A stretch of 64,000 nucleotides of DNA, taken from NCBI GenBank assembly GCA_044229835.1, contig JBGASF010000001.1, forward strand, positions 117,738 to 181,737, in the 5' to 3' direction. A program made the translations under genes and the position numbers. Below, in pieces: positions 11,953 to 21,131 of this stretch (position 1 is the stretch's first letter; every line of letters begins with the position of its first letter). Source of the DNA: Polyangia bacterium (GTDB lineage: Bacteria > Myxococcota_A > Polyangia > Haliangiales > JADYYK01). Under the pieces are notes generated by a model, which did no database searches, was not told the DNA's origin, and saw only the letters and a program-made list of their open reading frames with translations.

Positions 11953-14916
11953 TCAGGTGTACTGCCAGAAGGCGGTGGCCTTGCCGTCGGGGTCGGCGAA
12001 GACGAACAGGCAGCCGGCGAGGCCGGCCTCTTCCCAGGCCTCGTCGAGGCGGATGCGGTCGAAGTCGAGCATGAAGAGGAAGCCGGCCTCGTCGCGGGCT
12101 TCGTGCTGGACCCAGGCGGGCAGGCCGCCGCGCTTGTCGGTGAGGTTGCCCTTCTGCAGGCCGTCGCCGCTGGCCAGCAGCGCGTCGATGGCCTGGCCGA
12201 GCAGCATGTCGCGCTCGATCAGCGGCTCCATGCGGCGCTCGTGGATCTCGCCGCGGGGCGGGTGGACCTCGATGGGGCGGGGCGGCATGGCGCGGACGCC
12301 CTTGGGGGTCGGGGTTTCGGGGCCGGCCAGCTCCTCGGCGGTGAGCAGGATGGCGACGTTCAGCCCATCTTCGCCCTCCTCATCCTCGGTCGCGGTGCCG
12401 TCGGTGACGCAGAAGACGGCGACGCCGGCGTAACCGGGGACGCGATCGCCGAGCTCCAGCTGGATCAGGAAGCCCATCGGCTTGCTGCCAGACCTGGGCC
12501 AGCGGTCGGCCGACAGGCCGTTGGGTTGACCGCCGAGACGGCCGACGATCGGCCTGGGAGCTGCCTTGGACTTGGCCTTGGAGCGGGGACGCTCGTCGTC
12601 GTCCTCGCTCTCTTCCTCGGCGTCCCCGTCGTCGTCCTCGCTCTCCTCCTCGTCGTCCTCATCCTCATCCTCATCCTCATCCTCATCCTCATCCTCATCC
12701 TCATCCTCATCCTCATCCTCATCCTCGTCGCGCGCTCTCTTCTTCCCCTCCGCCGCAAGCAGCACCAGCTTCTCGCTCGTCACACACGCGATCGCCCGGA
12801 CCTCCGCCGGCTCCAGCTCCAGCGCGCCCTTGAAGCCATCCGCCTTCCTGGCTGCCTCCAGGCGCGTGGCCTCCGCCAGCGCGGCCTCGGGCGACGCCAG
12901 GGTCGTGGTCTCCGTCCGCTCGGCGCCCAGCGGCCCCGCGCTCACCTCGAGCGCCGCGCCCAGCACGCGATAGCTCCACACCTCGACCCCCTTGCCGGGC
13001 ACGGCGCGATACAGGGTCGCGCCCGGCGGCGGCGGCGGCACCGACGCCGGGATGGTGCGCTCACCCAGCGCCGCGGCGGCGGCGAACGCGGGCGTCAGAT
13101 CCAGCGCGAAGGAGCCCCAGCGATCATCGCTGTCCTGGGCCAGGAAGCGGCGCTGGCCAGCGTCGAACACGATGGTCTCGCGCAGCTTGGCGGCGGCGTG
13201 CCGCTTCTCCGGCTCGTTCTGCAGGATGGGCGTCTCGGCGAAGGTCGCCACCTCGGTGCACCCGGCGACGTCGAAGCGCACCACCCGGTTGTCGCCCATG
13301 TTCACCAGCAGGATCTCGCCGGTCGCCGCATCGACCGCCGGGAAGTGCTGCCACCTGCGTCCGCCCAGCAGCTCGTCGTAGCGCGGCACCACGTGGAGCT
13401 GCCAGCGCTCGCTCATCCAGATCGCGACCTCGGCCAGGCCGAAGCGCACCGGGGCGCCGATCTTGGGGTCCCACACGCTGGCGAAGTCGACGAAGTTCTG
13501 ATCCTTGATGTTCTTGAAGTCACGCGGCAGGCGAGACGGCGCCGTCACGTGCCGCCACTGCTTGCCCTCGAGCACGAAGCTGTCGTTGTAGTGGCGCCCG
13601 TCGTGGGCGCCGCCCCAGGCGATCACCTTGCCGTCGGGCAGCGCCACCAGCTCGAAGTCGTCGCGCTCACCCCAGCCCTCGGGATGTGTCAGCACCAGCC
13701 CGGTCCAGGCCGCGCCGTCATAGCTGAACACCGCGCCCCGCTTGGTCACCGCCAGCAGCGCGCTCTCGGTCGCCACCACCGTGACGTCGCCCCAGCCCCA
13801 CTCGGCCCGACCGGTCTCCTCGTCGACCACATGCTCCCAGCCCGCGCTGTCGTCCCAGCGCCACATCTCCAGGCAGCTCTTCGACACCGCGTACCAGCGC
13901 CCGCGCCACATCACATGCCGGGTCTGACCGTAGGCGCCCTCCTTGATGGGCGACGGCTCGGCCTTGACGCCGAGCTCGTGACAGGTCTGGGCGTCGATCT
14001 TGTAGAACAGGCGCTGCGCACCCGACTTGCCGTCGTGCTCGCCCGGTCCGGCCATGAACACATTCAGCACCGGGTCCCACACCATGTGGCCCTTCGCCAT
14101 CAGCGGCGGTCCCACTGGCGCCGACGCGTCACGCTGCCAGCCGCCTGCGCCCAGCACGAACGTGCCCTTGTCGTGCATCGACAGCGTGAGGCCGCGCGTC
14201 GGGTGCACGGCGATCAGCGCGTGCGCCTCGCTGCCCAGCTCCTCGGGGTCGAGGCCCTGGTTGCTGAGCTGGACCAGGCTGGTGCCGTCCCAGCTGTAGA
14301 AGCGGTACACGTCGTCGCTGCTGTCGAACAGCCAGAACACCGTGGCCTTGCGGCTGGGATCGTAGCCGCCGCCCCAGCCCTCGTCCTTCCACTCCGCGGG
14401 CACGCCGGGGGCGTCGAGCCGCCGGGTCCACACGCCATCGGCGCCCAGCTCCCAGAGCCCGACCCGGGTCAGACACACCCACACCGCGCGCGCCGGATCG
14501 TGGGCCAGCAGCGCGCCCTGGTCCCAGCTCTCGACCTCGCCGAAATCGATGCTGCCGGTCAGCCCTTCGAGCTCGCTGAGGCCGGTCGCGGTCAGCAGCG
14601 CGCCCAGCATCGTCGGGCCGTCGTCGCCGTCGCCGATGCGCCACAGGACGATGCCCTTGCGCGAGGCGTCGTAGCCTCCCATGTGGTGGCCCTCGCCGCT
14701 GATCATGATCTTGTTGTCGCCGTACACGACCCAGCGGTTGCCGTCGTAGCTCCAGGCCAGCCCGAAGCCGTCATAGGCGGGACCGCAGACATAGACGGTG
14801 CGACCCAGGGCGGCGTCAAAGGTCAGGACGTAGCCATTGAGCTGCATCGACACCGGGGGCACCTCGGCGCCCTGGGGGCGCGCCGGTCCAATGGACTTCC
14901 AGCTGAGCTCGAGCAT
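11953..14916 (-). CDS. multidomain protein: beta-propeller (Kelch-like) repeats - degenerate WGR domain - (ED)n acidic linker - DUF1963/YwqG-like domain
   Basis: ATG 14916 preceded by AGGAGA (alternative ATG 14940). Trp/Gly-rich repeats occupy the N-terminal ~590 aa. WGR-like segment 'VEVWSYRVLGAALEVSAGPLGAERTETTTLASPEAALAEATRLEAARKADGF'. DUF1963-like 'GRLGGQPNGL..WP....MGFLIQLEL' and 'RGGLPAWVQHE...FLFMLDFD...GCLFVFADP'. Confidence 0.85.
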   Translation of the reverse strand: MLELSWKSIGPARPQGAEVPPVSMQLNGYVLTFDAALGRTVYVCGPAYDGFGLAWSYDGNRWVVYGDNKIMISGEGHHMGGYDASRKGIVLWRIGDGDDGPTMLGALLTATGLSELEGLTGSIDFGEVESWDQGALLAHDPARAVWVCLTRVGLWELGADGVWTRRLDAPGVPAEWKDEGWGGGYDPSRKATVFWLFDSSDDVYRFYSWDGTSLVQLSNQGLDPEELGSEAHALIAVHPTRGLTLSMHDKGTFVLGAGGWQRDASAPVGPPLMAKGHMVWDPVLNVFMAGPGEHDGKSGAQRLFYKIDAQTCHELGVKAEPSPIKEGAYGQTRHVMWRGRWYAVSKSCLEMWRWDDSAGWEHVVDEETGRAEWGWGDVTVVATESALLAVTKRGAVFSYDGAAWTGLVLTHPEGWGERDDFELVALPDGKVIAWGGAHDGRHYNDSFVLEGKQWRHVTAPSRLPRDFKNIKDQNFVDFASVWDPKIGAPVRFGLAEVAIWMSERWQLHVVPRYDELLGGRRWQHFPAVDAATGEILLVNMGDNRVVRFDVAGCTEVATFAETPILQNEPEKRHAAAKLRETIVFDAGQRRFLAQDSDDRWGSFALDLTPAFAAAAALGERTIPASVPPPPPGATLYRAVPGKGVEVWSYRVLGAALEVSAGPLGAERTETTTLASPEAALAEATRLEAARKADGFKGALELEPAEVRAIACVTSEKLVLLAAEGKKRARDEDEDEDEDEDEDEDEDEDEDEDEDDEEESEDDDGDAEEESEDDDERPRSKAKSKAAPRPIVGRLGGQPNGLSADRWPRSGSKPMGFLIQLELGDRVPGYAGVAVFCVTDGTATEDEEGEDGLNVAILLTAEELAGPETPTPKGVRAMPPRPIEVHPPRGEIHERRMEPLIERDMLLGQAIDALLASGDGLQKGNLTDKRGGLPAWVQHEARDEAGFLFMLDFDRIRLDEAWEEAGLAGCLFVFADPDGKATAFWQYT
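12655..12726. repeat. hexanucleotide microsatellite (ATCCTC)11-12, encodes (ED)n on minus strand
   Basis: Perfect iteration read directly from the sequence. It is in-frame inside the WGR/DUF1963 gene. Confidence 0.95.
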
Positions 14917-15050
14917 GGGGTCTCCTTTGCGAGTGGGCATGGTACCCGAACGCGACCTCGACCCTGCCCTGGATGGGCGTGGTTTCTCCCGTGGAAAGCG
15001 CGATATTTGTGTCGGCACGTGTGCCACCGTGCCAGCCGCCGGTGCCGAGG

Positions 15051-17063
15051 CTAGATCAGGTTCTCGAAGGGGACGCCCGCCCACTTCGCGATCGCGATCC
15101 CCAGCGTGGAGCACCACCCGGTCTCGAACAGTAGCTCGTTGCGCGTGTAACAGGGGTCGGCCATGGCCGACGACGAGGCCTCGGTGACCAGGCCGATCTC
15201 CTTGCCCGAGTGCATCACCGCCTTGACGCCGCGGTAGATGTAATCGCTCTCCGCGAAGGCGATCACGCGGGCCAGGTCGGCACGCGCGAGGGCTCGGCCA
15301 TCCTCGAGCGTCGCGCCATCGCCCACGGCGGCGAAGACCTTGCACTTGCGGTCGTAGACGTGGATGCCATCGGCGCCACAGATCCAGACGAAGTCGCAGG
15401 AGTAGTCGGTTTCGGCGCGCGGGAAGCCGCGCGCCTCCAGCTCTGCCACCAGGGCGTCGTGCTGGTCCGCGGGCAGGTGGCGATACGCGAGCTGCTTGGC
15501 CCCGTCGCTGCCCAGGCGGTAGATCATCAGCAGGCGCTTGCCATCCTTCACTTCCGACCCGGGGATCTGGACCTTGCCGTCCTCGGGCACCGCCACGGCC
15601 TCGTCGAACTTCACCCGCACGGCCAGCGCCGCGATCTCGCGCTGGAGCTGCGGCCTGGGCGGGGCTGGCAGCGCGCGCAGCGCCTCGAGCGCCTTGGCCG
15701 GCGAGATCCGGGTCAGGTACTCGCTGTCGTAGCCATCCGTCATGCCGTTGTCATGATCGCGCTCGTACTCGTAGTAGGTGCTGCAATACGGGCACTTCCA
15801 CAGGCCGTTGCGCTCGAAGCCGAAGGTCTCGAACCGCTGGGTGACCTCCGGCAGCTGGCCCTCCGATTCATGGGTGCGGCAGTACCAGCCCGTGGTCGTG
15901 CCCAGGTCGCGACACAGCGGGCAGTCGGTCCACGACGCCGCCGTGGGGTGCGCGGGTGGCAACCGTCCCGCACGCGCGTTGCGCAGGAGTCGCTCCGATT
16001 CGGTGCTGGCGCATGCCGGGTCCGGATACGCTGCGAGGTCGATGCCGCGCAGCAGCAGCTGCTTGAGCAGATCGCTGTCGGGCTGCAGGCAGGCCACCTG
16101 GAGGATGGTGGCCTGCTGGGCGCCCATGGTCACTCCCAGGTCGAACAGGAGCTGCATGCCCTCCAGGTTGCCGGCCGCGATCGCGACCACCAGCGCGCCG
16201 GGGTCGAGCTTGGCGCCGGCGGTAACCAGCTCGCGCATGGCGGTGTGGCGACGGTAGCGCGCCGCCAGCATCAGCGCGGTCAGGCCGGCGTGGGTGCGCG
16301 CCTCGAGGTCGGCTCGCTCGGCGGCGTTGGAGACCCGCACGCCGTGATCGTCGAGCGTGGCGAGGAAGAGTTCGGCCTGCGCATGATGCGCCGCGGCCGC
16401 TCGTTCCAGCACCAGGGCGACGTTGAGATGGCCCGTGTACAAGGCGTGCTCGATCGCCGTCACGCCATAGGCATCGCGCGTGGTGGCGCTGGCGCCCTCG
16501 CCGAGCAGCGCCGTCACGGTCTCGAGGGCACCGGCGCGCGCGGCCAGCATCAGCTGCTTGTCGGCATCACTCGCGGTCGAGCTGCGAATCTGCCACTGCT
16601 CGAGCAGCGCCAAGAGCTCGGGGCTGTGGCTCACGCTGTCGAGCGCCGCGGGCGTGACCTTGGCTCCGGCGTCGAGCAGCAGCTGCACGAGCTCGGCGCC
16701 GCCCCCTCGGGCAACCACGAGCGGCGCCGTCGGATTGGCGCCGCGGCGCAGCAGCAGCTCGATCAGCGGGAGGCGGCCACTCCGGGAGTTCAAGACGGCG
16801 CGATACAGCGCCGTGTAGCCGTGCTCGTCGGCGCCATCGATGTCTGCGCCCGCATCCAGCAGCAGCTCGGCCATCGGGACGGTGCGCGCCCACGCCAGCG
16901 CCGCCTGCGCCGGGTACGCGAGCCGGCCCCACTTGTAGAACCTCTCGATGCGCACGCGCGCGTTGATGTCCGCCCCCTCGGCGAGCGCCGCGCGCACGGC
17001 ATCGAGGTCGTCGTCCACGACGGCCTCGCACAGCCGCAGGTTCTTCTTCTTGTCGGCCTTCAC
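15051..17063 (-). CDS. ankyrin-repeat protein with zinc-ribbon-like segment and uncharacterised C-terminal domain
   Basis: GTG 17063 (MKADKKKNL...). Multiple ANK repeats, e.g. 'GYTALYRAVLNS..LIELLLRRGANP' and 'GLTALMLAARYRRHTAMRELVTAGAKLD'. Then CPLCRD...CPYCSTYY, then ~250 aa with no recognised motif. Confidence 0.85.
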   Translation of the reverse strand: MKADKKKNLRLCEAVVDDDLDAVRAALAEGADINARVRIERFYKWGRLAYPAQAALAWARTVPMAELLLDAGADIDGADEHGYTALYRAVLNSRSGRLPLIELLLRRGANPTAPLVVARGGGAELVQLLLDAGAKVTPAALDSVSHSPELLALLEQWQIRSSTASDADKQLMLAARAGALETVTALLGEGASATTRDAYGVTAIEHALYTGHLNVALVLERAAAAHHAQAELFLATLDDHGVRVSNAAERADLEARTHAGLTALMLAARYRRHTAMRELVTAGAKLDPGALVVAIAAGNLEGMQLLFDLGVTMGAQQATILQVACLQPDSDLLKQLLLRGIDLAAYPDPACASTESERLLRNARAGRLPPAHPTAASWTDCPLCRDLGTTTGWYCRTHESEGQLPEVTQRFETFGFERNGLWKCPYCSTYYEYERDHDNGMTDGYDSEYLTRISPAKALEALRALPAPPRPQLQREIAALAVRVKFDEAVAVPEDGKVQIPGSEVKDGKRLLMIYRLGSDGAKQLAYRHLPADQHDALVAELEARGFPRAETDYSCDFVWICGADGIHVYDRKCKVFAAVGDGATLEDGRALARADLARVIAFAESDYIYRGVKAVMHSGKEIGLVTEASSSAMADPCYTRNELLFETGWCSTLGIAIAKWAGVPFENLI

Positions 17064-17078
17064 TCCACCCAGTGTCTG

Positions 17079-17888
17079 TCATCGCGGCGCCCTGATCGAG
17101 TCGATCTCAGGGGGCACCTCCCGAGGCCGCCAGGGTATGAAGGCGCTGGTGCGTCGAATGTAGTCGACATAGGCGGGGCGCCGCTCGCGCAAGGCAGCCT
17201 CCAGCAGGGTGACGCCCGAGACGCGCAGCAGCAGCACCGTGAGCAGCGCGGGCCCCAGCAGCGCCCAGGCCACGCCAGCGCCCAGCCCGATGAGGCCGAG
17301 GCCCCACCACAGCAAGAACTCTCCGAAATAGTTCGGGTGCCGCGAGTAGCGCCACAGCCCGCGGTCCATGACCTGGCCGCGGTTCCCGGGCGCACGCTTG
17401 AAGCGCGCCAGCTGCGCGTCGGCGATGGCCTCGCACAGCAGGCCCGCCAGCCAGAGGCCCGCGCCGGCGAAGTCGAGCACACCCAGCGGCCGCGTCGCGC
17501 CCCGCGTGGCGGCCGCCAGCAGCGGCAGCGACACCGCCAGCGCCAGGAAGGCCTGCAGCCCGAACACCATGAGGCCGCTCAGCCACCAGAAGCGCGCGCC
17601 GTGGCGCTGGCGCATCGCCGCGTAGCGATGGTCCTCGCCGTGGCCGCGGCGCAGCAGGAGATAGCCACTCAGGCGCAGCGCCCACAGGGTGACCAGCACC
17701 AGCGCGAGCAGGCGGCGCTCGGGCCGGCCGTGGCCCAGCCCGTAGCCGACGCCGGCGATGATCGCGAACGCGACCCCCCAGAACGGATCCACGATGCTGG
17801 CGTCCTCGAGGCGCAGGCTGACCAGCCAGAGCACGAACATCGCGCCCAGCAGCGTGAGCAGCGAGACGGTGGCGACCGTCGCGAGCAC
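17079..17888 (-). CDS. DUF1295 family membrane protein (steroid 5-alpha-reductase/ICMT-like fold)
   Basis: Signature 'WRYSRHPNYFGEFLLWWGL' and multiple TM helices. Start is tentatively GTG 17888, 3 nt after the cfa stop. The ORF extends to 17960. Confidence 0.8.
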   Translation of the reverse strand: MLATVATVSLLTLLGAMFVLWLVSLRLEDASIVDPFWGVAFAIIAGVGYGLGHGRPERRLLALVLVTLWALRLSGYLLLRRGHGEDHRYAAMRQRHGARFWWLSGLMVFGLQAFLALAVSLPLLAAATRGATRPLGVLDFAGAGLWLAGLLCEAIADAQLARFKRAPGNRGQVMDRGLWRYSRHPNYFGEFLLWWGLGLIGLGAGVAWALLGPALLTVLLLRVSGVTLLEAALRERRPAYVDYIRRTSAFIPWRPREVPPEIDSIRAPR

Positions 17889-17890
17889 GG

Positions 17891-19129
17891 CTACACCGGC
17901 TCGCGTTCGAACAGCAGCTGCACGCAGCCGAGGTAGCGCTCGGCGTAGGCGCCTTCGCATTCACACAGGTAGTAGGCCCAGGTGCGCCAGAAGCGCTCGC
18001 CGTAGCGGGCCACGATCTCGGCGCGGTGAGGCGCGAGGTTGCGTCGCCACTCGTGCAGCGTGCGCGTGTAGTGCGGCGTGATGTCATCGAGGTGACGCAG
18101 CCGCAGGCGCGCGCGCCCGGCGGCGCTGACCAGCGAGGTCACGGTCGGGATCGAGCTGCCCGGGAAGACGTGGCGCTGGATGAAGTCGGCCTCGCGCTGG
18201 TGTCGCGCCAGCTCGTGATCCGGGATGGTGATGGCCTGCAGCGCCAGCAGCCCGCCGGGCACCAGGCGCGCCGCGACCTCCGCGAAGAAGCGCGGCAGGT
18301 GACGTGCGCCGACCGCCTCGACCATCTCGACCGACACGACCTTGTCGAACTGGCCCTGCAGATCTCGATAGTCGACCTCCAGCACCTGCACGCGGTCGGC
18401 CAGCCCGGCGGCAGAGACCCGCTGGCGCGCCAGCGTCGCTTGCTGCGTCGAGATCGTCGTGGTGACCACGCGCGCACCACGCTCGGCCGCGCGCAGCGCC
18501 ATGCTGCCCCAGCCGGTGCCGATCTCGAGCAGGCGGTCGGACGGCGACAGCTCGAGCCGCTGCAGCAGCCGATCGAGCTTGCACAGGCTGGCCTGCTCGA
18601 GCGTCAGCGTGGGCGGTTCGAACACGGCGGCCGAGTACGTCATGGTGGGATCGAGCATGCGCGCGAACAGGTCGTTGCCGAGGTCGTAGTGCTCGCGGAT
18701 GTTGCGCCGGCTGCCCGCGCGCGTGTTCTCGCGCGCCGCGCGCAGCACGCGAGCGAGCGCCATCCCGCCGCGTGCGAGCCCGCTGTCGAGGGCCCCCATC
18801 ATCGAGCGATTGCGCACGAAGAGCCGGATCAGCGCGGTCAGATCGTCGGTCTCGAAGTCACCATCCACGTAGGCTTCGCCCGCACCCAGGGTGCCGCCCG
18901 CCAGCACCCTGCGCCACATGCGCGGGCGCACGACCTCGATGGTGGCGCGCAGGCCGTCGGGTGCCGGCCGTCCGAAGCGGCGCACCTGGCCCCCGGGGGA
19001 GCGGATCTCCAGCTCGCCCTCGGGTAGCGCGGCCAGCGCGCGGCCGAGCAGCCGCTCGGCCAGTGACGTGGTGACGCGCTCGGCGAGGCCGCTGCGCAGC
19101 GGCCAGGTCAGTGCGTGGTCTGTGGCCAT
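17891..19129 (-). CDS. cfa: cyclopropane-fatty-acyl-phospholipid synthase family SAM methyltransferase
   Basis: SAM motif 'RLLEIGTGWGSMA', 'VSVEMVEAVG', and a C-terminal 'FWRTWAYYLCECEGAY' typical of the CFA/mycolic acid synthase family. Confidence 0.88.
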   Translation of the reverse strand: MATDHALTWPLRSGLAERVTTSLAERLLGRALAALPEGELEIRSPGGQVRRFGRPAPDGLRATIEVVRPRMWRRVLAGGTLGAGEAYVDGDFETDDLTALIRLFVRNRSMMGALDSGLARGGMALARVLRAARENTRAGSRRNIREHYDLGNDLFARMLDPTMTYSAAVFEPPTLTLEQASLCKLDRLLQRLELSPSDRLLEIGTGWGSMALRAAERGARVVTTTISTQQATLARQRVSAAGLADRVQVLEVDYRDLQGQFDKVVSVEMVEAVGARHLPRFFAEVAARLVPGGLLALQAITIPDHELARHQREADFIQRHVFPGSSIPTVTSLVSAAGRARLRLRHLDDITPHYTRTLHEWRRNLAPHRAEIVARYGERFWRTWAYYLCECEGAYAERYLGCVQLLFEREPV

Positions 19130-19893
19130 GACGGCGGTCCTCCTCTGGCTGGAGCCTGGTTGCGCGGATGCTCGAAGTACGGCTCACCCTTGAGCCAGAG
19201 CAGTCCGGCCTGGATGTAGATCGCGGCGTGCAGGCGGGCGGTCACCGCGGGATGGCGCAGCGCCGCCGCGAGCAGGCCGGCGCGCGTCAGCGGACGGCGC
19301 ACCAGGGCGAGCGTGGCGCGAAAGACCTCGCGGCCGTCCTCCCGGTTGCGCATGTCGACCACGAGGCCCTGGCCTGGTGCGGTCAGCCGCCACTGGTAGC
19401 GCTGCTGCATGGGAAAGAACGGGGACACGTGGAACGCCTTGGTGAAGCTCGCGCGTGCCTCGGTCGCGCCGGCATCGAGCACATAGGCATGCCGCTCGCG
19501 CCACGGGGTGTTGGTGATCTCGGCGACCACGGCGTCCAGCGCACCGCCGCGGTCGAAGCAGTAGTAGAAGCTGACCGGGTTGAAGACATACCCGAGGCTG
19601 CGCACGTGCGTGAGCAGCCGGACCGCGCCCCCTGGCCGCCGGCCCAGCGCCGCCTCGACGCGATCCCTCACACAGTCGGCCAGCGGGCGCCGCGGATCGC
19701 CCAGGTAGTCCTGGCGATGGAACGACAGCGGCCGCGGCCGCTCGACCCCGAACAGCGGCGCCAGCGCCAGCGCCAGGCCTGGGAGCTCGTCGAGGTCGAG
19801 GTACAGCATGTACAGGCGGAAGCGAAACTGGTGCGGCCGTGGCACGTGGCGGGTGTGCGTGACGACGCCGTGGTAGATCGCGCTCGCCGTCAC
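19108..19893 (-). CDS. DUF1365 family protein
   Basis: GTG 19893 overlaps the upstream stop (GTGA). N-terminus 'SAIYHGVVTHTRHVPRPHQFRFRLYMLYLDLDEL' is the typical DUF1365 start. About 261 aa. Confidence 0.8.
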   Translation of the reverse strand: MTASAIYHGVVTHTRHVPRPHQFRFRLYMLYLDLDELPGLALALAPLFGVERPRPLSFHRQDYLGDPRRPLADCVRDRVEAALGRRPGGAVRLLTHVRSLGYVFNPVSFYYCFDRGGALDAVVAEITNTPWRERHAYVLDAGATEARASFTKAFHVSPFFPMQQRYQWRLTAPGQGLVVDMRNREDGREVFRATLALVRRPLTRAGLLAAALRHPAVTARLHAAIYIQAGLLWLKGEPYFEHPRNQAPARGGPPSWPQTTH

Positions 19894-21131
19894 GGCTGCA
19901 CCCCGAGGCGCTCGCACACGCGCAGGGCGCTGGCCACGCCGTCCTCGTGGAAGCCATTGCCCCAGTAGGCGCCCACATACGAGGTGCAGCGGTGATCGAC
20001 GAGGGAGCCATGCCGCGCCTGCGCCGCGATTCCGGCGGGCGTCAGCACGGGATGGCGATAGTCGAAGCGCCCGAGGATGCGGTCGGGCCTGATGCGCTCG
20101 CCCGTGTTGAGGGTCACGAAGTACTCGCGTGCGGCGTCGAGCGGCTGCAGCCGGTTCATCCAGTAGGTCAGGCGCGCACCTCCGCTGGCCTCGCCGTCGA
20201 GGTGGACGTTCCACGACGCCCACGCACGCCGCTCGCGTGGCATCAGGGTGTGGTCGGTGTGCAGCACGGCCTGGTTGGCCTGGTACGGGAAGGCGGCCAG
20301 GAGCTCGCTCTCCAGCGGCGAGGGATCCGCCAGCAGCGCGTGCGCGGTGTCGGAGTGGCACGCCAGCACCACATGGTCGAAGCGCTGCTGGCCGCCGAGC
20401 TTGCTCGTCACCACGGCGCCGTCTCCCGTGCGCCGGACGCTCAGCACCGGGTCGCCAATCCGTGCCTGCCCACGCAGCCCGGCCAGGATGGCGCGGACAT
20501 AGCTGCGTGCGCCACCCGGGATGGTCAGCCACTGCACCGAGCGCTGCACGCGCAGGAAGCCGTGGTTGTCGAAGAAGCGCGCGAAGGTCCGGGCCGGAAA
20601 ACCCTCGGCGCCCGCGCGGCTGGCGGACCACACCGCGCGCACCAGCGGCAGCAGGTGATCCTCGATGAAGGCGCGCGAGTAGCGCCGCCGCGTGACCCAG
20701 CCGAGCAGCGGCTCCTCGGGGCCGGCGTCCAGGAGCTCGCGCGCCTCACGATAGAAGCGGACGATGTCGAGCGCCATGCGGTGAAAGCGGGGATCGAGCA
20801 GGCGACGCCGCTGCGCGAACAGCGCCGACAGGGAGTGGCCGGCGTACTCGAAGTCGCGCTGCTCGCTGCGCGCCGACATGCTCATGTCGCTGGGCGCCCA
20901 GGCGACGCCGAGCTCGCCCAGCAGGCGGACGAACCCGGGATAGGTGCGGGTGTTGAAGACGATGAAGCCGGTGTCGATCGGGATGGGCCGCTCGCCCTCG
21001 CGCACATTCACGGTGTTGGCGTGGCCACCCGCGCGATCGTCGGACTCGAACAGCACCACCTCGTGGCGACGGGCCAGGTAGTGCGCGCAGGTCAGCCCCG
21101 AGACCCCGGACCCGACGATGGCGATCTTCAT
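19890..21131 (-). CDS. NAD(P)/FAD-binding oxidoreductase (amine-oxidase/phytoene-desaturase-like)
   Basis: ATG 21131 overlaps the upstream stop (ATGA). Dinucleotide fold 'MKIAIVGSGVSGLTCAHYLARRHEVVLFESDDRAGGH'. Confidence 0.88.
   Translation of the reverse strand: MKIAIVGSGVSGLTCAHYLARRHEVVLFESDDRAGGHANTVNVREGERPIPIDTGFIVFNTRTYPGFVRLLGELGVAWAPSDMSMSARSEQRDFEYAGHSLSALFAQRRRLLDPRFHRMALDIVRFYREARELLDAGPEEPLLGWVTRRRYSRAFIEDHLLPLVRAVWSASRAGAEGFPARTFARFFDNHGFLRVQRSVQWLTIPGGARSYVRAILAGLRGQARIGDPVLSVRRTGDGAVVTSKLGGQQRFDHVVLACHSDTAHALLADPSPLESELLAAFPYQANQAVLHTDHTLMPRERRAWASWNVHLDGEASGGARLTYWMNRLQPLDAAREYFVTLNTGERIRPDRILGRFDYRHPVLTPAGIAAQARHGSLVDHRCTSYVGAYWGNGFHEDGVASALRVCERLGVQP

Noticed and set aside
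12655-12726. Regular short repeats (here and at 48872, 50606, 58711) considered as CRISPR-like arrays
   Set aside because: The units are 6 nt with no spacers, and they lie in-frame within coding sequences. They are microsatellites, not CRISPR repeats. No cas genes are present.
11851-15054. 1067-aa plus-strand ORF opposite the WGR/DUF1963 gene
   Set aside because: Off-frame composition, including 'LILILILILI' read from the antisense of the (ED)n microsatellite. The minus-strand frame carries recognisable domains and an RBS.
15210-17936. 908-aa plus-strand ORF spanning the ankyrin and DUF1295 genes
   Set aside because: It crosses two independently supported minus-strand genes and has R/G/A/Q-rich shadow composition.
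17889-17960. Longer start (ATG 17960) for the DUF1295 gene, overlapping cfa by 70 nt
   Set aside because: The extension is Arg-rich (MRRRLRRALPRLRAAAVRTRAG) and overlaps the conserved cfa C-terminus. A GTG 3 nt after the cfa stop fits the operon's tight-coupling pattern better. The start remains uncertain.
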